Positions 1-9,831 of a stretch of DNA of 64,000 nt are shown here, in pieces. The position numbers and the translations under genes are program-made. The notes beneath the pieces are model-generated. The model had not been told where the DNA came from and did no database searches. It worked only from the letters and a program-made list of their open reading frames with translations. Numbering within the stretch: position 1 is the stretch's first letter; each line of letters begins with the position of its first letter. Source of the stretch: Candidatus Woesearchaeota archaeon (GTDB lineage: Archaea > Nanobdellota > Nanobdellia > Pacearchaeales > GW2011-AR1); NCBI GenBank assembly GCA_964530955.1, contig CAZHCL010000001.1:49381-113380 (forward strand), given 5' to 3'.

Positions 1-163
1 TCTTACTCTTCTTCGAGTCTTCAACTAACTTATCCATTCCCATCTCTATCATTATCTTCCACCTTAGCAAAAGGTTTATGATTACGTCACACGTCTTTGT
101 ATACTTCAGGCTGACGTACAGCAGATGGTCGGCACTGATTTTTTCCTTTATTATCGATTCCAT
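1..163 (-). CDS. Hypothetical protein, N-terminal part (runs off the window start)
   Basis: Manual translation from ATG at 163: MESIIKEKISADHLLYVSLKYTKTCDVIINLLLRW..., open to position 1. Confidence 0.6.
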   Translation of the reverse strand, partial: MESIIKEKISADHLLYVSLKYTKTCDVIINLLLRWKIMIEMGMDKLVEDSKKSK

Positions 164-278
164 TTAAGACAAATACCTAGCTTGAAAAGTAATAATCTGG
201 AATAATTTCTCCTATTTATATCTTTCTGATTAGAAAAATAATATATATTTTACATTAGTATAATAAGTTCGCTTTAAT

Positions 279-761
279 TTAATAATGCTGGGATATTTTA
301 TTACGAAAATCAAAAAGCAACTTCTTTAATAGAATTATGAACTCATTCATCTGTTCAGTTGTAAGCTCGTTCATTTCTAAATTATCATCTAGGATTATAG
401 CTTTTCTTTTGTGTGAAAATTCAAAGCCCGACTGTTTATGTTTTTTTCCAAGAAAAATAATTTTCTTTAAGTTATCCTGCTCAGACTTAGTCAGATTATA
501 TATTGCTGCACACTTTTCAAAAAAGATTTCAAAATTTTTATCTTTTTCTTTAGAAAGTTCTATTCTTTTAGAAATATACTCATACTTCAGTATTGCAGAA
601 ATTAAGGAAACTGCCTCTTTATGCAATAACTCTAAAACCTTTATTAAAATTCTAGAATCTCCCGTATTAGGAAGTATTGAATTTGTAATATTTTGAGCGT
701 CGCCGAGATTTTTTTCTGCGCTTATTATTGAATCAGCAAATTTTTTTTCAAATGGAACCAT
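279..761 (-). CDS. Hypothetical protein
   Basis: 160-aa ORF packed in a minus-strand run with NAC; no recognisable motif. Confidence 0.6.
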   Translation of the reverse strand: MVPFEKKFADSIISAEKNLGDAQNITNSILPNTGDSRILIKVLELLHKEAVSLISAILKYEYISKRIELSKEKDKNFEIFFEKCAAIYNLTKSEQDNLKKIIFLGKKHKQSGFEFSHKRKAIILDDNLEMNELTTEQMNEFIILLKKLLFDFRNKISQHY

Positions 762-766
762 TTTTA

Positions 767-1102
767 TTAAGACAAACTCACGATAGCTTCAGCGATATCA
801 CCATTTGCTTTTTCTAAAGCAGACTTAGATTCTTCTTCTGATTTGCCTGTTTTTTCCATAACCAGATTAATATCTTCTTGCTTTATTCCTTCTTCTTTTG
901 ATTCTTCTCTTATTTCTCCAGCTATCTGAAAAGTGGTTTGGCCTTGCATAATTATCTTCTGAACGCTTGCAGGCTCTATTACGATATTTTTTTCAGAACC
1001 TTCGATTACCACTCTAAGTGCATCTACTTCCTCATTTTTTATACCCATTTGCTTCATCATAGCCTGCATTTTTTTTGGGTCTAATCCGCCGAACATGTTC
1101 AT
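767..1102 (-). CDS. nac: Nascent polypeptide-associated complex protein (archaeal NAC)
   Basis: DPKKMQAMMKQMGI N-terminus, NAC barrel, C-terminal UBA-like EDINLV...ALEKANGDIAEAI. Confidence 0.92.
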   Translation of the reverse strand: MNMFGGLDPKKMQAMMKQMGIKNEEVDALRVVIEGSEKNIVIEPASVQKIIMQGQTTFQIAGEIREESKEEGIKQEDINLVMEKTGKSEEESKSALEKANGDIAEAIVSLS

Positions 1103-1145
1103 TGGAAAAATAAAGACTATAAATAGATTTCGAATTTGTCAAAAA

Positions 1146-1310
1146 TTAGCCAGTGATTGGCCAGAATACCTTCAATCCTATTACTAGCAGGATCAAAACA
1201 ACTATAAAAGCCACTACGTGAGCTGGCTTAAGCATTACCTTACTATCATACTCTTCATCGTATCTCATCAAGCCGCCAAAACCTGGCAAGCTTATTTTGT
1301 CATCAGCCAT
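1146..1310 (-). CDS. Preprotein translocase subunit Sec61beta (archaeal SecG-like), absent from ORF track
   Basis: Manual translation MADDKISLPGFGGLMRYDEEYDSKVMLKPAHVVAFIVVLILLVIGLKVFWPITG*; GGLMRY-acidic motif followed by one C-terminal TM helix. Confidence 0.85.
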   Translation of the reverse strand: MADDKISLPGFGGLMRYDEEYDSKVMLKPAHVVAFIVVLILLVIGLKVFWPITG

Positions 1311-1340
1311 ACTCTAAAAGAACAAAAATAGTATAAAAAC

Positions 1341-1985
1341 TTATCTCTCATCCAATTTTTCTAAAAACCTTTTCTTTTCTCTTCCAGGAACTTCCTTACC
1401 CCAAAGAACAAAAACACGATTAATTCTTGACCAATAGTTTTTGGGAGCTATTTTCATCAGTTCAAACTCTGTCTCTGTGGGATTTTTAGTTTTTACAATA
1501 TTTAATACATTTGAAATTCTATGGACATGGGTGTCTACTGTGATGCTGTCTTTATTATGTATTTCGCTTAAGACAAGATTCGCTGTTTTTCTACCTACCC
1601 CTGGAATCTGAACAAGAAGTTCTATCTCATCAGGAACTTTAGAATTAAAATTTTCTACCATAAATTTGGCAGCTTCAATCACATTCTTTGCCTTAGTTCT
1701 ATTATAGTTAAGACTTTTAAAAATTAAAAGCACTTCTTCGTATTTTGCCTTTGAAAGAGATTCTAAAGAATGATATTTTCCGAATAGAGATTCGGCAATG
1801 GGTATTGTTGTTTCATCCCTGCTTTGAGCGCTCATTATTGTTGCAATAAGAGTCTGCCAATCCTCTTTCCATCCCTCTCCAGCAAGCCTTTTCGTATCTT
1901 TGCTGTATTTTTTCTCAGCTCTTTTAAATATTTTTAGAAAGAAATCTCTTTTTTCTTGTAGATTCATAAGCATATTAGGTAACAA
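1341..1985 (-). CDS. nth: Endonuclease III (HhH-GPD glycosylase) lacking the C-terminal 4Fe-4S cysteines
   Basis: LIATIMSAQSRD, HhH motif IPGVGRKTAN with catalytic Lys, VDTHVHR with catalytic Asp. Confidence 0.88.
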   Translation of the reverse strand: MLPNMLMNLQEKRDFFLKIFKRAEKKYSKDTKRLAGEGWKEDWQTLIATIMSAQSRDETTIPIAESLFGKYHSLESLSKAKYEEVLLIFKSLNYNRTKAKNVIEAAKFMVENFNSKVPDEIELLVQIPGVGRKTANLVLSEIHNKDSITVDTHVHRISNVLNIVKTKNPTETEFELMKIAPKNYWSRINRVFVLWGKEVPGREKKRFLEKLDER

Positions 1986-2026
1986 TGTTATAAAAAAGTT
2001 TGCTAATTGTTTTTTGGAGAGTTATA

Positions 2027-2425
2027 CTATGCCTTTTCTGATATAGGTATTTGAGCTAAAGAGTATATATGTGATATCATTTTGTCCAAAGTTTCAGAAG
2101 CGGCGACTAAATAAGCAACGTCTGAAAATTTTTGGGCAGCAGGTTCAGCTACAGACTGACTATCGTAAAATTTCCTAGCACCTCTAAGACAATGAACTAG
2201 CTCACCAGCCAATGTTCTTGATCTTTCTGGACGATCTTCAACTAAAGAGAATAAAGGCAGAATAGCACTATTAAGTGCGTAATGCGCATCTGCAAGCTGT
2301 GCAGGGTTCAATCCAGGAAGAGAATTGAGATGCCTTACTGATAACTCATAGGCAGGTAAAATTATTTTTCTTAGAGAGGGACGTATTGAGTCCGCTTCAT
2401 CCTCTGCTGTGAATTGTCTTGCCAT
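2027..2425 (-). CDS. Hypothetical protein (orphan)
   Basis: 132-aa ORF with TATA-like sequence upstream; no motif recognised. Confidence 0.5.
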   Translation of the reverse strand: MARQFTAEDEADSIRPSLRKIILPAYELSVRHLNSLPGLNPAQLADAHYALNSAILPLFSLVEDRPERSRTLAGELVHCLRGARKFYDSQSVAEPAAQKFSDVAYLVAASETLDKMISHIYSLAQIPISEKA

Positions 2426-2556
2426 TTTAATCTTCTATAAAAACAAATAGTGCGTATTTAAACCATTGCCCTATTAAAAATAAAAAAGTTTTAACGAGAT
2501 ATTAGTAGTGAAAAATTAGATACAAGATTTAAATAAACATTTAATTTAAATTTCCT

Positions 2557-2943
2557 ATGGAAAACGAATATATCGGAAGGGAGATTCGCATTGCTGGCCC
2601 GGATCATAGAGGTTGCACTAACCCTCACATAGAGGTCATTGTTGACGGCTCAGCTGATTGTTTGGTGTATTTAAGAACAGATTTTAATCCTGGAAGAGGT
2701 CCACCTAAATTTGAAGAATCATTAGATAAAAAAGTTAATCTTGAAGCAAGTAGGGAAGACATTAGAGCTTGGAGTGGCAATAATCCTCTCTTTGAAAATA
2801 TTCCTCGTCAAAGAGCAGATAAAGTTGCTCTTGAAGAAGCTAAAAGAAGAAAATTAGTGCTATATAGAACAGTTCATGAACCAAGGTATAGCACCATTGT
2901 TGCTTGGTGTCCAGATGATTGGCAGCCTCATGAGGAGAGATAA
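2557..2943 (+). CDS. Hypothetical protein (orphan)
   Basis: 128-aa ORF preceded by ATTTAAATA at ~2528; no motif recognised. Confidence 0.55.
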   Translation: MENEYIGREIRIAGPDHRGCTNPHIEVIVDGSADCLVYLRTDFNPGRGPPKFEESLDKKVNLEASREDIRAWSGNNPLFENIPRQRADKVALEEAKRRKLVLYRTVHEPRYSTIVAWCPDDWQPHEER

Positions 2944-2989
2944 TTCTTCCCACCCTAAAATTTAAAACATCTTCTTTCTTACTGAAAAC

Positions 2990-5365
2990 ATGACTATGCC
3001 TAGATTTAAGGATATTAAGAATTGGTCCCCTGAAATAGAGAAACAAATAACTTCTGAATGGGTTAAGTCTGATAAATTTAAGTTCAATGAAAAAACGAAA
3101 AAAAAGATTTATTCCATAGATACTCCTCCGCCTTATGTTAACACTCCAGTACATATCGGTCAGACAGTAACTTACTGCTACATGGATTTTTTTGCCCGCT
3201 ACAGAAGAATGAAAGGATTTGAAGTCATTTTCCCTCTTGGACTTGATAGGAATGGTCTTCCGATCGAGATGGCTGCTGAGAAAAAGTTCAATGTTTCGCC
3301 ATTTTTAATCGGAAGAGATAAGTTTATTGAATATTGCGAGCAACTTCTTAAACAAACTTCTTCTGAGACAACAAACACGTTTGAGAAGTTGGGAATTTCA
3401 TTCACCTCTTACAAGCAAGGCGAACATATTGGAGCAGTTTACTTTACAGATTCTCCAGAATATAGGGCGGTTACCCAGGCAACATTTATTGAACTATATA
3501 AAAAAGGATTAGTATATGAGGATACTAGAATAAATAACTGGGATCCTAGGTTGCAGACTACTATTGCTGATTCTGAAATAGAATATAAAGAAGTACCTTC
3601 TAATTTTAATCACGTTAAATGGCAAATAAAGGAAACTGGTGAGGAAATAATAATTGCTACAACCCGCCCAGAACTTATATGTACATGCGGAATGATTATA
3701 TATAATCCAAAAGATGAAAAATATGTAAATTTAAAGGGTAAAACGGCTGTTTCCCCCATATTTAACAAAGAAATACCTATCCAACCCCATCCATTGGCAC
3801 AAATTGATAAAGGTTCAGGTCTTGTAATGATGTGTTCTGCTGGAGACTTATCCGATATTCAATTTTTTAGAGAGATGAATCTAAAACCAAAAATAGCGAT
3901 TGAAAAAGATGGCAGAATGAATGAATATGCTGGCAAATTTAAAGGATTAAAAGTTAAGGAAGCAAGACAGAAAATTATTGAAGAACTGAAATCAGAAGGA
4001 TTGCTGATAAAGCAAGAACAGATAATGCACCGAACTCCAATATCTGAGCGTTCTGGCGCAGAGATAGAGTTCATAGAAATGCCTGAATTTTATCTTACAC
4101 AGTTAAATATAAAAAATAAGATAAAAAAAATTTCCAGGGAAGTTGATTTTTACCCTCCAGAATCAAGAAAGATTCTTGATGATTGGATAGATTCAATCTC
4201 GATTGACTGGCCTATTTCAAGAAGAAGATATTACGCTACCCCGATACCAATCTGGCATAGTAAAGATAGAAAAAAGATAGCATTGCCTTCTGCAGGAAAT
4301 TACTATATTCCTTGGAAAGAATCTCCACCAAAAGATGCAGAAGTATATGAAAAAGGAAAATTAATAGGAAAATTAAAAGATTTTAAGGAAGAATGGTCTG
4401 GAGAAGAGAGAGTGTTTGATACATGGATGGACTCTTCAATTTCTGAGCTGGTCATGCTAAAATATAAATCAAATCCTGAATTCTTTAAGAAAGCATATCC
4501 TGCATCTCTCCGCCCACAGGGTAAGGAGATAATTAGAACTTGGCTTTATTATACTCTTCTCAGAGGTTATCTGGAGACTGAAAAAGCATGCTTTAAAGAT
4601 GTATGGATAAATCAACATATTGTTGATGAAAAGGGCAAGAAAATGTCAAAGTCAGTTGGAAATGTGGTTGATCCTCAGGAATTATTGAAAAAATTTGGTG
4701 GAGAAGCAATAAGACTCTGGGCATCTATAGAAGGAAATCTTGCTAAGCAGGACTTAAAATGCTCAGAAGATAAAATAAGAGCTGAAACAAAAACAATTAA
4801 CAAACTTATAAATCTCACAAAATTCGTTTTGCAATTTAAAAGACCAAAAAAAGCAGATACTACTGCTCTTGACTCTCTGTTCATTGATTATATTGAAGAC
4901 TTGACAGATTTTGCAGACAGACAATATGAAGAATATAATTTTTACCAGCCGGCGTTAAAGATAAGACAATTCCTTTGGGAAATATTTGCATCTCATTACA
5001 TTGAGATAGTCAAAAATAGGGTCTATAATCAGGAAAAAAGATTCACACAACGCGAGCAAGAATCTGCGCAATACACATTGTACTACCTTTTGGAAAGAAT
5101 GCTCCTACTCCTTCATCCTATTGCACCACAAATAACTTCGGTTATTCTGGAAGAGTTGAATGTTGAAATAGAAGATTTTCCAAAGCCTAAAAAAATAAAG
5201 AGCGATTTGGGTTTGATTGAAAAGATAATGCAATTTAACAGCGAAGTATGGAAGACTAAAAAAGATAAGGGCATTTCTTTGCGGGACCCTATATCTAATA
5301 TGACCATTCCAAATGAAATAAAAATATTTGAATCAGATCTTAAAGCGTGCCATAACCTAGTTTAG
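2990..5365 (+). CDS. valS: Valyl-tRNA synthetase
   Basis: DTPPPYVN..HIGQ (HIGH), DW.ISRR, DTWMDS, KMSKS; 791 aa. Confidence 0.95.
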   Translation: MTMPRFKDIKNWSPEIEKQITSEWVKSDKFKFNEKTKKKIYSIDTPPPYVNTPVHIGQTVTYCYMDFFARYRRMKGFEVIFPLGLDRNGLPIEMAAEKKFNVSPFLIGRDKFIEYCEQLLKQTSSETTNTFEKLGISFTSYKQGEHIGAVYFTDSPEYRAVTQATFIELYKKGLVYEDTRINNWDPRLQTTIADSEIEYKEVPSNFNHVKWQIKETGEEIIIATTRPELICTCGMIIYNPKDEKYVNLKGKTAVSPIFNKEIPIQPHPLAQIDKGSGLVMMCSAGDLSDIQFFREMNLKPKIAIEKDGRMNEYAGKFKGLKVKEARQKIIEELKSEGLLIKQEQIMHRTPISERSGAEIEFIEMPEFYLTQLNIKNKIKKISREVDFYPPESRKILDDWIDSISIDWPISRRRYYATPIPIWHSKDRKKIALPSAGNYYIPWKESPPKDAEVYEKGKLIGKLKDFKEEWSGEERVFDTWMDSSISELVMLKYKSNPEFFKKAYPASLRPQGKEIIRTWLYYTLLRGYLETEKACFKDVWINQHIVDEKGKKMSKSVGNVVDPQELLKKFGGEAIRLWASIEGNLAKQDLKCSEDKIRAETKTINKLINLTKFVLQFKRPKKADTTALDSLFIDYIEDLTDFADRQYEEYNFYQPALKIRQFLWEIFASHYIEIVKNRVYNQEKRFTQREQESAQYTLYYLLERMLLLLHPIAPQITSVILEELNVEIEDFPKPKKIKSDLGLIEKIMQFNSEVWKTKKDKGISLRDPISNMTIPNEIKIFESDLKACHNLV

Positions 5366-5402
5366 CGCATAGCTTTATTAATCATTCTTATATTTTATAA
5401 TT

Positions 5403-6503
5403 ATGGAAATCGACCAAAAGAAAAGACAGGAACTTGAAGAACTTGTAAGCTTACTTGGAAGCATCAGAGGAAGTCATACTGAACTCGTAACTGTTCTTAT
5501 TCCTGCAGGTACTAATATTCATCAAGTTTCAAACCAGCTCGCTGCAGAAGCAGGAACTGCTGAAAACATAAAATCCAAGTCAACAAGAACAGCAGTAGTC
5601 ACTGCTCTTGAAACGATTATAAGAAAATTAAAAGACTATAAACAGACTCCTCCTCATGGACTTGCTATTTTCTGCGGAAATATTTCTGAGAAAGAAGGCG
5701 TTCAGGATGTGAAAATATGGTCCTATGAGCCTCCAAGACCCTTGAACGTAAGAATTTATAGATGCGATAAAACATTTGTCGTTGAACCTTTAAAAGAAAT
5801 GCTTGAAGTTCAGGAGGTTTATGGTTTACTTGCAATAGACAGACAGGAAGCGACTATCGGAGTTCTTGAGGGTAAGCAAATTAAGGTCATAAGAAAGCTT
5901 AGCTCTGGAGTTCCAGGAAAAGTTAGGGCGGGAGGGCAGTCATCCCAAAGATTTGCTAGAATAACAGAAGGACTTGCAAAAGAGTTTTTTAGGAGGGTCT
6001 CGGATTCTATGAAAGAAATATTTTTTGACATGCCAAAGCTAAAGGGAATACTTGTTGGCGGACCAATTCCTACAAAAGAAGAATTTCTTGAGTTAGGAGA
6101 TTTGGTTACAAAGTTAAAAGAAAAAGTAATTGCTGTTAAGGATATAGGATACACTGATGAGCATGGTCTAAGATTACTTGTTGAGGCATCTCAGGAAGAT
6201 TTGTCAGAGCAAGAGTTGATGAAGGAGAAAGATATAGTAAATAAATTCCTTGAGACTCTTGGAAAGCACAGAGAAAAGGCATCCTATGGTCTTGAAAAAA
6301 CATCTTTGGCATTGGAAAGGGGAGCAGTTGAAAAACTCCTTTTATCGAAAAAACTTGATAAAAGAGAGACTCTGGAATTAGAGAAGAAAGCTGAGAATAT
6401 TGGTTCTGAAGTTTTTATAATTTCTACTGAAACTGAAGAGGGTGAGCAATTTTATAATATAACCAAGGGGATAGGCGCCATTTTAAGATTTCAAATTGAA
6501 TAA
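5403..6503 (+). CDS. prf1: Peptide chain release factor aRF1
   Basis: NIKS, YRCDKTF (YxCxxxF) and GGQS motifs; ends GIGAILRF. Confidence 0.96.
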   Translation: MEIDQKKRQELEELVSLLGSIRGSHTELVTVLIPAGTNIHQVSNQLAAEAGTAENIKSKSTRTAVVTALETIIRKLKDYKQTPPHGLAIFCGNISEKEGVQDVKIWSYEPPRPLNVRIYRCDKTFVVEPLKEMLEVQEVYGLLAIDRQEATIGVLEGKQIKVIRKLSSGVPGKVRAGGQSSQRFARITEGLAKEFFRRVSDSMKEIFFDMPKLKGILVGGPIPTKEEFLELGDLVTKLKEKVIAVKDIGYTDEHGLRLLVEASQEDLSEQELMKEKDIVNKFLETLGKHREKASYGLEKTSLALERGAVEKLLLSKKLDKRETLELEKKAENIGSEVFIISTETEEGEQFYNITKGIGAILRFQIE

Positions 6504-6589
6504 TAGCTGATTAGAATTGATTTTGAGTAATATTAAAGATGATATCTAAAAACAACAAACCATTTAAACGTAAATTACAATAGAATCCA

Positions 6590-8617
6590 ATGGAACCTGT
6601 CCTTCAAAAGAAAAAAAAGCAGGAAGAACTGCTGCTAGAGGCAAAGAACTTTTTTGATGCTTATAAGAAAGAAATAAGCGATTCTTTAAGAGAGGGAGAT
6701 AAAATTGTTCATTTAATCTTCCAAAATCTTATTGAGCATTCTCCAACACTATCCGATGCAGTTATAGAAGACCCTCAACAAACTCTTGCTATATTAGAGA
6801 CCGCACTGGATGAAGCAGGATTCATAAAAAATCCAAGAGTGAGACTGCAGGAGCTCCCTATTTCAGTCAAAATAAAGATAAGAGAGATAAGAGCTAAACA
6901 TCTTGACCAGCTTCTTTGGATTGAAGGAATAATCAGGCAGGCTTCTGAAGTTAGACCGCAGGTTGTGAATGCTAAATTTGAATGCCCAAACTGCGGAGCT
7001 TTACTTTCAGTTTTACAAATAGATAATAAATTTAGGGAACCTTCTAGATGTACCTGCGGATGGAAGAGTGCATTCAGACTTATATCTAAAGAAATGGTTG
7101 ACACTCAGAGATTAGTAATTGAAGAGTCTCCAGATTCACTTGATGGAGGAGAACAGCCAAGAAGAATCAATGTATTCCTTCAGGAGGATCTTGTTGACCC
7201 AAAAATGGAAGAAAGAACTACTCCTGGAAGTAAGGTTAAAATATTTGGTATTTTGAAAGAAGTTCCAATACCGTTGAAGACAGGCTCAATTTCAACAAGA
7301 TATGACATTGCAGTGGAAGCGAATAATATAATCCCCTTGGAAGAATCATTTGAAGATCTTAATATAACTGAAGAAGAGGAAGACCAAATAATTCAAATGG
7401 CTGCTGATCCAATTATATACGACCGCCTGGCAAAAAGCATTGCTCCAAGTATTTATGGATTTGATAAAATAAAAGAAGCAGTACTTCTTCAAATGTTTGG
7501 TGGAATAAAAAAGTCAAAATCTGATGGAGGAAGCACCAGAGGGGATATTCACATACTTCTTGTCGGAGATCCGGGAGTTGCAAAGTCAGTAATGCTTAAA
7601 TTTATCTCAATAATTGCCCCTAAAGGAAGATATGTTTCTGGTAAAGCGGCAACTTCTGCAGGCCTGACTGCTGCCGTCGTGAAAGACGAGTTCCTTAGGG
7701 GATGGAGCTTAGAGGCAGGAGCTATGGTATTGTCTAATAAGGGAACTGTCTGTATAGATGAAATAGAAAAGATGAATGAGCAAGATAGAAGCGCGATGCA
7801 TGAGGCGATGGAACAGCAAACAGTTACTATTTCGAAAGCGAATATTCACGCAAGCCTTAGAGCTGAAACTACTGTTCTTGCTGCGGGAAACCCTAAAATG
7901 GGAAGATTTAATCCCTATGTTCCAATTCCTGAGCAGATAGATATCTCTCCAGCTTTACTTAGCAGATTTGATGTTATTTTTGTAATAAAAGACTTGCCTA
8001 ATAAAATTCAGGATGAAGCAATTGCTTCACACGTTTTGGAAGAACACAAGCAGGAAGTTATCAGAGATACGATTCCTCCAAAACTTTTAAGAAAATATAT
8101 TTCATATGCTAAACAAAAATTTAAACCTAAATTAACTGATGAAGCAATAGAGGAAATAAAGGATTTTTATGTCAAATTAAGGGGACAATCGGTTAACAGT
8201 GATGCTGCAATAAAGCCAATCCCTATTACTGCTAGACAATTAGAAGGAATAATCAGATTATCAGAAGCACGAGCTAAAGTAAGATTAAGCAAGGAAGTTA
8301 AAAGAGAGGATGCAAAAATAGCTATTGAACTTTTGAAGACTTCTTTAACACAGGTAGGTTATGATGAAGAAACCAAGACATTTGACATTGACAAAATAAC
8401 CTCTGGTATTTCAGCAGGTAAAAGAAATAAAATAATGATAGTAAGAGAGACTATTGCTCAGCTTGAAACACGTCTAGGAAAGCTGATTCCTACGGAGGAA
8501 CTTGAAAAAGCCATCCAGGGAAAGATGTCTTCTCTTGAATTAGAGGATGCTATAAATCAACTTTCTAAATCAGGAGATATATTTAAACCTAAAAAGGGAT
8601 TCATACAGAAATTATAA
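6590..8617 (+). CDS. mcm: Replicative helicase MCM
   Basis: Zn-finger CPNC, Walker A GDPGVAKS, Walker B IDEIEKM, arginine finger SRFD; no intein. Confidence 0.96.
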   Translation: MEPVLQKKKKQEELLLEAKNFFDAYKKEISDSLREGDKIVHLIFQNLIEHSPTLSDAVIEDPQQTLAILETALDEAGFIKNPRVRLQELPISVKIKIREIRAKHLDQLLWIEGIIRQASEVRPQVVNAKFECPNCGALLSVLQIDNKFREPSRCTCGWKSAFRLISKEMVDTQRLVIEESPDSLDGGEQPRRINVFLQEDLVDPKMEERTTPGSKVKIFGILKEVPIPLKTGSISTRYDIAVEANNIIPLEESFEDLNITEEEEDQIIQMAADPIIYDRLAKSIAPSIYGFDKIKEAVLLQMFGGIKKSKSDGGSTRGDIHILLVGDPGVAKSVMLKFISIIAPKGRYVSGKAATSAGLTAAVVKDEFLRGWSLEAGAMVLSNKGTVCIDEIEKMNEQDRSAMHEAMEQQTVTISKANIHASLRAETTVLAAGNPKMGRFNPYVPIPEQIDISPALLSRFDVIFVIKDLPNKIQDEAIASHVLEEHKQEVIRDTIPPKLLRKYISYAKQKFKPKLTDEAIEEIKDFYVKLRGQSVNSDAAIKPIPITARQLEGIIRLSEARAKVRLSKEVKREDAKIAIELLKTSLTQVGYDEETKTFDIDKITSGISAGKRNKIMIVRETIAQLETRLGKLIPTEELEKAIQGKMSSLELEDAINQLSKSGDIFKPKKGFIQKL

Positions 8618-8664
8618 TTGAATACCTAAAAACTTAAAAGGCCTGATTGTTAAATCAAATAAAA

Positions 8665-9300
8665 ATGGAAAACACACAAGTTCAACCAAGCACTTCACCT
8701 AAAAGAAATACTGCCTACAAGTTAAGAGTAGGAACAATAATGTCGGCAAAGCAGAATCTTGAAGGTGAAAAGCTAAAAAATATTCAAATAGCTGATAAAA
8801 TGATAGTGAGAGTCAATGTTATAGCTAATGTGACTGACAAATATATTCAGGAAGGCGAGAAGAAATTTGGTTCCATAACTCTCGACGATGGAACTGGTCA
8901 GATAAAGGCTAAAGCTTTTGGGGATGATGTTGAGTCCTTCTTTTCAGAGCTTAATCAGGGAGACACGACGATGGTCTTAGGTCTTTTACGCTCTTGGAAT
9001 AATGAATTGTACATTTCTCCAGAGATAATAAAGAAAAAAGATCCTTCTTTTCTCCTTGTCAGAAAGCTTGAAGCGGAGTCTGAGGAAGTAAAAGTTCAGG
9101 ATAAGGTGCAAATGACCGTACTTAAAGATAAGATACTTAGTATGATAAAAGAGGCTGAAAAGGACGGAGGAATAGATACTGAAAAAATTTCCAGAGAACT
9201 TAAAGAAAATCCAGATGTAGTAAATCAGGAAATAAAGAAATTCCTTGAAGAAGGAATAGCTTATGAGCCAAGACCTGGAAAAGTCAGATATCTTGGTTAA
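8665..9300 (+). CDS. RPA32-like OB-fold ssDNA-binding protein with C-terminal winged helix
   Basis: RVNVIANV, TLDDGTGQIKAKAF OB-fold pattern; C-terminal G.AYEPRPG; ATG at 8665 preferred over TTG at 8647. Confidence 0.8.
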   Translation: MENTQVQPSTSPKRNTAYKLRVGTIMSAKQNLEGEKLKNIQIADKMIVRVNVIANVTDKYIQEGEKKFGSITLDDGTGQIKAKAFGDDVESFFSELNQGDTTMVLGLLRSWNNELYISPEIIKKKDPSFLLVRKLEAESEEVKVQDKVQMTVLKDKILSMIKEAEKDGGIDTEKISRELKENPDVVNQEIKKFLEEGIAYEPRPGKVRYLG

Positions 9301-9831
9301 ATGTACCACAGAAAATTTAATAGTGTAATGTCTCAGTTAAACGAAATTTGGGCGGCGAATGCCCTAAATATGAATGTTAATCTCCATCCAGGTATTGATC
9401 TGCTGGGAGAAGAAAAAAATGTTGAAGTAAAATTTAATCTCCAAGCCAGAGGCATTTATAGGCACCGCTCATGGAGAGTATTAGACCATGAATTAGCTTA
9501 TCAAAATGGAAAATCTTGTTTTTGGGCTCTTGGTTTCTATTGGTTAACCGATGATGTTGCAAATATTAATGTGCAGACTCAACTGGCTCTTGAAAGAAGA
9601 GTTACCGAAAGAGAATTGTTTATTGTTGGATGGGATTGGATGAATAGATTTGATAGGTATCACGAATCCGGAGAAACAAGAAAATCAAAATGGAATAACT
9701 GTTTAAGGTTTCCCAAATATAACCAATTGCCTTCAGTAGTGAATACTTACAAAGTAAAAAATGGAAGAGTTCACTTGACAGAAGGAGTTGACCCTAGTTT
9801 TTTCAAAGATATGAAAATAATTTCACCTTAA
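9301..9831 (+). CDS. Hypothetical protein, possible PD-(D/E)xK nuclease fold
   Basis: Helix with Glu (LNEIWAANAL) followed by GIDL-x7-EVK. Confidence 0.45.
   Translation: MYHRKFNSVMSQLNEIWAANALNMNVNLHPGIDLLGEEKNVEVKFNLQARGIYRHRSWRVLDHELAYQNGKSCFWALGFYWLTDDVANINVQTQLALERRVTERELFIVGWDWMNRFDRYHESGETRKSKWNNCLRFPKYNQLPSVVNTYKVKNGRVHLTEGVDPSFFKDMKIISP

Noticed and set aside
6590-8617. Intein in MCM
   Set aside because: The length (675 aa) and contiguous motifs leave no room for an insertion.
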